Below are positions 57,672 to 64,000 of a stretch of 64,000 bases of DNA, in pieces. The position numbers were made by a program, and so were the translations under genes. Source of the stretch: an uncultured Bacteroidota bacterium (GTDB lineage Bacteria > Bacteroidota > Bacteroidia > Flavobacteriales > Flavobacteriaceae); contig CACJHA010000001.1 of assembly GCA_902593075.1 (NCBI GenBank), forward strand, positions 124 to 64,123, written 5' to 3'. The first letter of the stretch is position 1. Every line of letters begins with the position of its first letter. A model generated the notes under the pieces. It worked only from the letters and a program-made list of their open reading frames with translations. It was not told where the DNA came from and did no database searches.

Positions 57672-58943
57672 TTAAATTTTTGCAAATGATTGTTTTAAAT
57701 CTTCTTTTAAATCATCCAAGTTTTCAATTCCAACAGATATTCTTACTAAATCAGGAGTAACGCCAGTGCTTTTTTGTTCATCAATATTTAATTGTGAATG
57801 CGTTGTGCTTGAAGGATGAATTATCAAAGATTTGGTGTCCCCAATATTAGCTAGTAGTGCAAATATTTTCGTGCTCTCAGCAACTTTTTTTGCACCTTCA
57901 AAACCTTTTTTTAGACCAAATGTAACAATGCCACTTGAACCCTTTTTAAGATATTTTTTAGCTAATTGATTATATTTTGAAGAATTAAGTCCAGGATAGT
58001 TTACCCAACTTACTTCACTCTGCTCTTCTAACCATTTTGCAATATTTAAAGCATTTTCAGAATGCTTTTGCATTCTAACTTCTAAAGTTTCTAAACCTTG
58101 AATTACTTGAAAACTATTTAGAGGGCTTGGTGCACTACCTAAATCTCTTAACCCTTCAACCCTTGTTTTAGCAATGAATGCTAAAGGGCCGAGTGCTTCA
58201 TGATATTTTAGACCGTGATAAGAAGGTGATGGTTCAGTAAATTCAGGGAACTTCCCACTGGAATAATCAAAGGTTCCGGCATCAATGATTATTCCACCCA
58301 AGGTGGTTCCATTTCCTGTTATATATTTAGTGAGAGAGTGGATAACTATGTTGGCTCCGTGTTCTATAGGATTTAGAAGTGCAGGAGAAGCTATAGTATT
58401 ATCAACTATAAAGGGGACTTTTGCATCTTTTGCATGCTTACTAATTCCTTCCAAATCAATAACATCTAGCTTTGGATTTCCTAAGGACTCAGCAAAAAAC
58501 ACTTTAGTGTTTGGCTTAAGAGCATCTTTAAAATTATCAACATTATCTGGATCAACAAAAGTTGTAGTTATGCCAAATCTAGGTAAAGTATTGTTAAGCA
58601 TATTGTATGTCCCGCCATATAGACTATTTGATGCAATAATATGGTCACCTGATTTTAATAATGTCATAAATGTTGTTGCAATCGCTGAAGTTCCAGAAGC
58701 AGTAGCTACTGCAGCAACACCTCCTTCTACAGCTGCCAATCTTTGTTCTAAAACATCATTAGTTGGGTTATTAAGTCTAGTATAAATGTAACCTGACTCG
58801 GATAGCGAAAATAAATTTGCCGCATGCTCAGAGTCATTAAAAACATACGAAGTTGATTGATAAATTGGTACGGCTCTGGTGCCTTGTGTTTGTTTCACAT
58901 CATGCCCTGCATGAAGTGCCTTAGTTGCTAATTTTAAACTCAT
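57672..58943 (-). CDS. metY: O-acetylhomoserine aminocarboxypropyltransferase (sulfhydrylase)
   Basis: 423 aa: YTRLNNPT, the PLP-Lys block HSLTKYI.GNG and SLIIHPSSTTH. Confidence 0.92.
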   Translation of the reverse strand: MSLKLATKALHAGHDVKQTQGTRAVPIYQSTSYVFNDSEHAANLFSLSESGYIYTRLNNPTNDVLEQRLAAVEGGVAAVATASGTSAIATTFMTLLKSGDHIIASNSLYGGTYNMLNNTLPRFGITTTFVDPDNVDNFKDALKPNTKVFFAESLGNPKLDVIDLEGISKHAKDAKVPFIVDNTIASPALLNPIEHGANIVIHSLTKYITGNGTTLGGIIIDAGTFDYSSGKFPEFTEPSPSYHGLKYHEALGPLAFIAKTRVEGLRDLGSAPSPLNSFQVIQGLETLEVRMQKHSENALNIAKWLEEQSEVSWVNYPGLNSSKYNQLAKKYLKKGSSGIVTFGLKKGFEGAKKVAESTKIFALLANIGDTKSLIIHPSSTTHSQLNIDEQKSTGVTPDLVRISVGIENLDDLKEDLKQSFAKI

Positions 58944-58954
58944 TTTTGAAATAT

Positions 58955-60211
58955 TTATTTATTTAAGTAATCATTTATTTTTTTTACATAATTTATGTTC
59001 TCCCAAGTAAATAAATCCACTTTGTGATTTACTTCTTGATTATTTTTATTTAGAAAATTTTTATTAATTTTTTTATGTTCTCTTCCCATATGACCATAAG
59101 ATGAGGTTTCAAAGTAGATAGGGTTTCTAAGTGATAGATTTTTTTCAATTGAGTAAGGTCTCAAATCAAAAATTTTATAAATCATCTCAGTAATTTCTGA
59201 ATTTGTTAGTTTAACCTTCGAAGTTCCAAAAGTATTTACATTAATTGATGTGGGTTCTGCTATTCCGATTGCGTAGCTCAATTGTACTAGTATCTTGCTT
59301 GCGATTCCTGAAGCAACTAAATTCTTAGCTATATGCCTAGAGGCATAAGCTGCACTTCTATCAACTTTGCTGGGGTCTTTACCACTAAAAGCACCTCCTC
59401 CGTGGGCTCCCCATCCTCCATATGTATCGACAATTATTTTCCTTCCCGTAAGACCAGTATCTCCATGAGGTCCACCTATAACAAACTTGCCAGTTGGATT
59501 AATAATAATTTTAGTGTTTTTATTATAAAGAGATCTAATATTTTGATGCTCGTTATCAAATACACGAGGTAATAAAATTTCGACAATATCTTTTTTGATT
59601 TTGTCAACCATTTTTTTGTCATCTTTTTCGAAAGGATCATGTTGTGTTGAAACTAGTATTGTATCAATTGAAACTGGATTTCCGTTTTTATCATATTCTA
59701 CTGTCACTTGAGATTTTGAATCTGGACGTAAATATCCAATTTGATTTCCTTGTCTTCTTAAAATAGACAATTCCTTTAGTATTTTGTGAGATAAATCTAA
59801 AGTTAAAGGAATCAAGTTTTCAGTTTCTTCCGTTGCATAACCAAACATAATTCCTTGGTCACCAGCGCCTTGGTTTTCCTTCACACTTTTTTCAACACCT
59901 CTGTTAATATCTTCTGACTGAGAATGAATTAAAGAAGACACTTCACATTCATTTGCGCTAAATTTAATTTTTGAATCCGTATATCCAATCTTTTCAATTG
60001 TTTCTCTTACAATTTTCTCTACGTTTATCTGAGCATTTGATTTTACTTCACCTGCGACTATTACTTTATTAGTTGTAACGAGTGTTTCACAGGCTACTTT
60101 ACTCTCGGAATCAAAAGCTAAATAATTGTCAAGGATTGCGTCACTAATTTGATCAGATACTTTATCAGGGTGGCCCTCGCTAACTGATTCAGAAGTAAAA
60201 AATGTATTCAT
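58955..60211 (-). CDS. metK: S-adenosylmethionine synthetase
   Basis: 418 aa: FTSESVSEGHPDK, GAGDQGIMFGYA, GGPHGDTGLTGRKIIVDTYGG and GGGAFSGKDPSKVDRS. Confidence 0.96.
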   Translation of the reverse strand: MNTFFTSESVSEGHPDKVSDQISDAILDNYLAFDSESKVACETLVTTNKVIVAGEVKSNAQINVEKIVRETIEKIGYTDSKIKFSANECEVSSLIHSQSEDINRGVEKSVKENQGAGDQGIMFGYATEETENLIPLTLDLSHKILKELSILRRQGNQIGYLRPDSKSQVTVEYDKNGNPVSIDTILVSTQHDPFEKDDKKMVDKIKKDIVEILLPRVFDNEHQNIRSLYNKNTKIIINPTGKFVIGGPHGDTGLTGRKIIVDTYGGWGAHGGGAFSGKDPSKVDRSAAYASRHIAKNLVASGIASKILVQLSYAIGIAEPTSINVNTFGTSKVKLTNSEITEMIYKIFDLRPYSIEKNLSLRNPIYFETSSYGHMGREHKKINKNFLNKNNQEVNHKVDLFTWENINYVKKINDYLNK

Positions 60212-60316
60212 TTAAATTGCTTTCAGGAAGGATTTGAAGATTACTTTTGAAAGCAATTCTGCTTTAGCATTTTTTTTTCGAGGTTTGCAATCAGACAAAT
60301 CCTTCCTCGTTATTAT
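60212..60316 (-). promoter_or_regulatory. Structured 5' leader of the metK-metY-metX-osmC-metH-metF operon; candidate SAM-responsive element (class unresolved)
   Basis: The minus-strand RNA contains GGAAGGAUUUG (60306-60296), complementary to CAAAUCCUUCC (60236-60226). It also contains AUUGCUUUCA (60257-60248), complementary to UGAAAGCAAU (60225-60216), which ends 4 nt before the AUG. A competing local hairpin AAAGCA-GAAU-UGCUUU is possible. Confidence 0.5.
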
Positions 60317-60321
60317 TTCAG

Positions 60322-60329
60322 CAAATATA
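60322..60329 (-). promoter_or_regulatory. Candidate -7 promoter box (TATATTTG) for the metK leader
   Basis: TAnnTTTG match about 110 nt upstream of the metK ATG. Confidence 0.45.
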
Positions 60330-60434
60330 ATAAATTTTATTAAAAATTATTCTAAAAAAAAACCTGCTTAATTTTTTATGTAATAAAATTGGTATTATTT
60401 TAGTGAACATACTAAAACACTTTTAATTCTATTC

Positions 60435-61049
60435 ATGCACATAGCTATTGCTGGTAATATAGGCGCTGGAAAAACTACACTTACAAAATTACTGTCCAAA
60501 CATTACAGGTGGCAGGCTCACTATGAAGAAGTTCTAGAGAACCCATATTTAGATGATTTTTACCATGAAATGGAAAGGTGGTCGTTTAATCTACAAATCT
60601 ATTTTTTATACAATAGATTTAGTCAAATTCTTGATATTCAGAAAAGTGGAAAAAAAATTATTCAAGATAGATCTATATACGAGGATGCTTATATTTTTGC
60701 GCCAAATTTACATTCAATGGGACTCCTTACAAAAAGAGATTTCGAGAACTATAAAAATATGTTTTCTCTCATGGAAAAACTGGTAAAGGGCCCAGATATA
60801 ATGATTTATTTAAGGAGCAGTATTTCAAAACTTGTTGAAAATATTCATCTTAGAGGAAGAGAATTTGAAAACTCAATAAGTATTGATTATTTAAGCAGAT
60901 TGAATGAGCGGTATGAAGCGTGGATTCAAAATTACGACAAAGGTAAAATTATTTCAATAGATGTAGATAAAGTAAATTTTGTAGGTGATCCAAAGGCTTT
61001 TGGTAAAGTTATAAGCCTTATTGATAAGGAGATTAATGGTTTATTCTAA
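60435..61049 (+). CDS. Deoxynucleoside kinase
   Basis: 204 aa with P-loop IAGNIGAGKTT, QDRSIYED and the dNK/dCK-family layout. Confidence 0.88.
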   Translation: MHIAIAGNIGAGKTTLTKLLSKHYRWQAHYEEVLENPYLDDFYHEMERWSFNLQIYFLYNRFSQILDIQKSGKKIIQDRSIYEDAYIFAPNLHSMGLLTKRDFENYKNMFSLMEKLVKGPDIMIYLRSSISKLVENIHLRGREFENSISIDYLSRLNERYEAWIQNYDKGKIISIDVDKVNFVGDPKAFGKVISLIDKEINGLF

Positions 61050-61097
61050 TTCTGACAATTAGTGGTATTAAACTAATATTCTAATTATATTAAATAC

Positions 61098-61105
61098 TAT
61101 ATTTG
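61098..61105 (+). promoter_or_regulatory. Candidate -7 promoter box (TATATTTG) for hppA
   Basis: TAnnTTTG match 16 nt upstream of the hppA ATG. Confidence 0.45.
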
Positions 61106-61121
61106 CCACAAAATTTATGAT

Positions 61122-63242
61122 ATGAATCTAATTTCTTTTATCCCACTTTCTGGTATAATTGCTTTAATTTTTGTTTATGTAAAGAACAGATGGGTAACAT
61201 CAAATGATGTCGGTTCTGAAAAAATGAAAAGAATTGCGAAAAATATTTCTGACGGTGCAATGGCTTTTCTCAAAGCTGAATACAAAATTTTAACTGTTTT
61301 TGTCTTCTTTACTTCTCTTTTATTGGCTCTAAAGGGAGAAAATGAAGGGACAAGTTGGTTAGTATCTGTTTCCTTTATACTTGGCGCAGTTTGCTCTGCT
61401 CTAGCAGGTTTCATTGGAATGAAAGTAGCTACAAAAGCAAATGTTAGAACAACCGAAGCAGCTAAGCATTCTCTAGGAAAAGCACTTGAAATTGCTTTTT
61501 CAGGTGGGGCAGTTATGGGGTTAGGAGTAGTAGGGTTAGGAGTTCTTGGAATTGGTTCACTTTTTATTGTTTATTCAGAAATTTTCGAAAGTACGGATAC
61601 TGTTATTAAATTAATATCAGGGTTTTCATTGGGTGCCTCTTCTATTGCCTTATTTGCTAGAGTTGGCGGAGGTATTTATACAAAAGCTGCAGATGTTGGA
61701 GCAGATTTAGTTGGTAAAGTTGAAGCAGGTATTCCAGAGGATCATCCATTAAATCCAGCAACAATTGCTGATAATGTAGGTGACAATGTTGGTGATGTTG
61801 CAGGAATGGGAGCAGACTTATTTGAATCTTTTGTAGGTTCAATAATTGGAACAATGGTCCTTGGAGCTGCATTTATGAATCTAAATGAGTTTCAGGGAAA
61901 AGAAACCAATGCTGTAATTTTGCCATTATTTATTGCTGCAACAGGAATAATTATGTCGATAATTGGAACTTTTTTTGTTCGAGTAAAAGAGGGTGGAAGT
62001 CCACACAAAGCCCTGAATACAGGTGAGTTTTTATCTGCTTTTTTTGTTTTAGTATCAACATATTTCTTAATTGATTTTTTCTTACCATCTTTATGGATTT
62101 TTGAAGGCAAAGAATACACATCAAATGGTGTTTTTTTAGCAACTATCTCTGGATTAATTGTTGGCCTTTGCGTTGGGAAAGTTACTGAATACTACACTGC
62201 AACTGGAAAATCGCCTGTACTTTCGATAGTTAGACAATCTGAAACGGGTCCAGCAACTACTATTATTGCAGGTCTAGGAGTTGGGATGATATCAACTGCT
62301 ATCCCAATTTTATTGATTTCAGTAGCAATTCTCTCATCATATTATTTTGCAGGATTATATGGTATTGCGATATCTGCAGTAGGTATGCTAGCCAATACCG
62401 GAATTCAACTAGCTGTCGACGCCTACGGTCCAATATCGGATAATGCTGGCGGAATAGCCGAAATGGCTGAATTACCTCCAGAGGTTAGAGAAAGAACCGA
62501 TAAATTAGATGCAGTTGGAAATACCACAGCAGCAATTGGTAAAGGTTTTGCAATTGCATCAGCAGCCTTAACAGCTCTTGCTCTTTTTGCTGCTTTTATG
62601 CAAACTGCAAAAATTAAAAGTATAGATATTTCAAATCCCACCGTCATGGTTGGTCTTTTAATTGGTGCAATGCTACCATTTGTTTTTTCTGCACTTTCTA
62701 TGAATGCCGTTGGAAAAGCGGCGATGAGTATGATTGAAGAAGTAAGGCGGCAATTTAAAGAACTTCCAAAACTAAAAGCAGCTTTAGAAGTAATGAAAAA
62801 ATACGATTCCGACTTATCAAAAGCTAGCAAAACTGATTTGAAAATTTTCGAAGAAGCCGATGGAATTGCAGAATACAGTAAATGTGTAGAAATTTCTACC
62901 AATGCAGCATTAAAAGAAATGATATTGCCTGGATTAATGGCCATATTGGTTCCTGTAATTATTGGTTTTGGCGGGGGTGCTGAAATGTTAGGTGGTCTTC
63001 TAGCTGGAGTCACTTCCTCAGGTGTTTTAATGGCTATCTTTCAATCTAATTCTGGAGGTGCATGGGATAATGCTAAAAAAATGATAGAAGAAGAAGGTAG
63101 AAAGGGAAGTGAAGCACATAAAGCCGCGGTTGTTGGTGACACAGTTGGTGACCCTTTTAAAGACACTTCTGGACCTTCACTGAATATTCTTTTAAAATTA
63201 ATTTCGGTTGTTGCTTTAGTAATTGCACCGCTCTTAGTTTAA
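61122..63242 (+). CDS. hppA: Membrane-bound cation-translocating pyrophosphatase, K+-dependent type
   Basis: 706-aa polytopic protein: [40 protein letters not shown] and [15 protein letters not shown]. The diagnostic motif reads [10 protein letters not shown] (Ala, not Lys). Confidence 0.94.
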   Translation: MNLISFIPLSGIIALIFVYVKNRWVTSNDVGSEKMKRIAKNISDGAMAFLKAEYKILTVFVFFTSLLLALKGENEGTSWLVSVSFILGAVCSALAGFIGMKVATKANVRTTEAAKHSLGKALEIAFSGGAVMGLGVVGLGVLGIGSLFIVYSEIFESTDTVIKLISGFSLGASSIALFARVGGGIYTKAADVGADLVGKVEAGIPEDHPLNPATIADNVGDNVGDVAGMGADLFESFVGSIIGTMVLGAAFMNLNEFQGKETNAVILPLFIAATGIIMSIIGTFFVRVKEGGSPHKALNTGEFLSAFFVLVSTYFLIDFFLPSLWIFEGKEYTSNGVFLATISGLIVGLCVGKVTEYYTATGKSPVLSIVRQSETGPATTIIAGLGVGMISTAIPILLISVAILSSYYFAGLYGIAISAVGMLANTGIQLAVDAYGPISDNAGGIAEMAELPPEVRERTDKLDAVGNTTAAIGKGFAIASAALTALALFAAFMQTAKIKSIDISNPTVMVGLLIGAMLPFVFSALSMNAVGKAAMSMIEEVRRQFKELPKLKAALEVMKKYDSDLSKASKTDLKIFEEADGIAEYSKCVEISTNAALKEMILPGLMAILVPVIIGFGGGAEMLGGLLAGVTSSGVLMAIFQSNSGGAWDNAKKMIEEEGRKGSEAHKAAVVGDTVGDPFKDTSGPSLNILLKLISVVALVIAPLLV

Positions 63243-63243
63243 A

Positions 63244-64000
63244 CTATTTAAAATAGATTACTTTTTTAACAGCTTTTATTACGTCTTGATAATTTGGTAG
63301 CCACTCCTCTAGTAATTTTGGAGAAAAAGGGGCTGGAGTATCTGCTGTATTAATTTTTTCAATTGGGGCGTCTAAATAATCAAAAATTTTGTTTTGTACC
63401 TGATAACAAATTTCAGTAGATACGTTTCCAAATGGCCATGCTTCTTCTAATATCACCAATCTATTTGTTTTTTTTACTGAATCAAAAATAGTTTTGTGAT
63501 CCATAGGGCGAATAGTTCTCAAATCTATGATTTCACAACTTATACCCTCACTTTCTAATTTTTCAGTAGCTTTAATTGCTTCTTTAATTATTTTACCAAA
63601 GGAAACAATAGTTACGTGATTCCCTGCTTTAATGATTTCCGCTACGCCAATAGGTAAAGTATACTCATTTTCAGGAATTTCTCCTTTGTCACCGTACATT
63701 TGTTCAGATTCCATAAAAATTACAGGATCATTGTCTCTTATAGCAGATTTAAGTAATCCCTTAGCATCATAAGGGTTTGAAGGAACAATTACTTTTAAAC
63801 CCGGACAGTTAGCATACCAACTATCAAAAGCCTGAGAATGGGTTGCGCCTAACTGACCTGCAGAACCCGTTGGACCACGAAAAACAATTGGACAAGGAAA
63901 CTGTCCTCCAGACATCTGTCTTATTTTGGCAGCATTATTGATAATTTGATCTATCCCAACTAAAGCAAAATTGAAAGTCATAAATTCTATTATTGGTCTA
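63244..64000 (-). CDS. Pyruvate/2-oxoacid dehydrogenase E1 component beta subunit (partial; N-terminus beyond the window end)
   Basis: The frame is open to the window edge (…RPIIEFMTFNFALV...). The transketolase-like pyrimidine-binding and C-terminal domains are present. Confidence 0.85.
   Translation of the reverse strand, partial: RPIIEFMTFNFALVGIDQIINNAAKIRQMSGGQFPCPIVFRGPTGSAGQLGATHSQAFDSWYANCPGLKVIVPSNPYDAKGLLKSAIRDNDPVIFMESEQMYGDKGEIPENEYTLPIGVAEIIKAGNHVTIVSFGKIIKEAIKATEKLESEGISCEIIDLRTIRPMDHKTIFDSVKKTNRLVILEEAWPFGNVSTEICYQVQNKIFDYLDAPIEKINTADTPAPFSPKLLEEWLPNYQDVIKAVKKVIYFK

Noticed and set aside
58285-58785. 166-aa ORF antisense to metY
   Set aside because: It lies inside the PLP-enzyme core of metY and has no independent signals or motifs.
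60241-60270. 9-codon uORF (MLKQNCFQK) inside the metK leader
   Set aside because: It has no Met (or other sulfur-related) codon enrichment that would make it a sensing leader peptide. It simply overlaps the hairpin-forming segments, so an RNA-structure explanation is more parsimonious.
62423-63013. 196-aa ORF antisense to hppA
   Set aside because: It is a shadow ORF within the conserved pyrophosphatase coding region. It is rich in Ala, Ser and Ile, as expected from the reverse complement of a glycine/alanine-rich membrane protein.

Overview
This is a very AT-rich, tightly packed 64-kb chromosomal segment that looks like a streamlined Flavobacteriia-type Bacteroidota genome. That assignment is an inference from several features: TAnnTTTG -7 promoter boxes, no Shine-Dalgarno use, the rpsU-xerC pair, a DUF1573 protein, a DUF5103 T9SS-plug-like protein, Na+-NQR with ApbE, and a split metH. 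The content is almost entirely housekeeping. It includes a thrU-tyrU-glyT-thrT-type tRNA cluster, a complete trpEGDCFBA operon, cell-envelope and translation genes (ddl, murB, valS, ftsH, rsgA, dtd, map), nqrABCDEF-apbE, a pheA-aminotransferase-tyrA-aroG/CM operon, a seven-gene metK-metY-metX-osmC-metH(split)-metF operon, a deoxynucleoside kinase, a K+-dependent-type membrane pyrophosphatase and a partial PDH E1 beta gene. I saw no rRNA, CRISPR array, transposase, prophage or recognisable defence system. The most interesting signals are cis-regulatory and lie in the few sizeable intergenic gaps. First, a 19-codon FYFFYFYF leader peptide with an explicit antiterminator/terminator switch precedes pheA. 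Second, a Trp-Trp leader ORF plus a terminator hairpin sits directly in front of trpE. Third, a structured leader of about 105 nt with interlocking 10-11 bp complementarities precedes metK and may be a SAM-responsive element. Secondary observations: a small membrane-protein ORF wedged inside the tRNA operon, and rsgA, whose OB-fold coding region has no canonical start codon (apparent ATT). There is also a homopolymer-associated frame break at the 5' end of the T9SS-plug-like gene. Finally, 9 of 10 convergent gene junctions have 7 nt or less between the genes. All product calls rest on motif recognition by eye, and no database search was possible.
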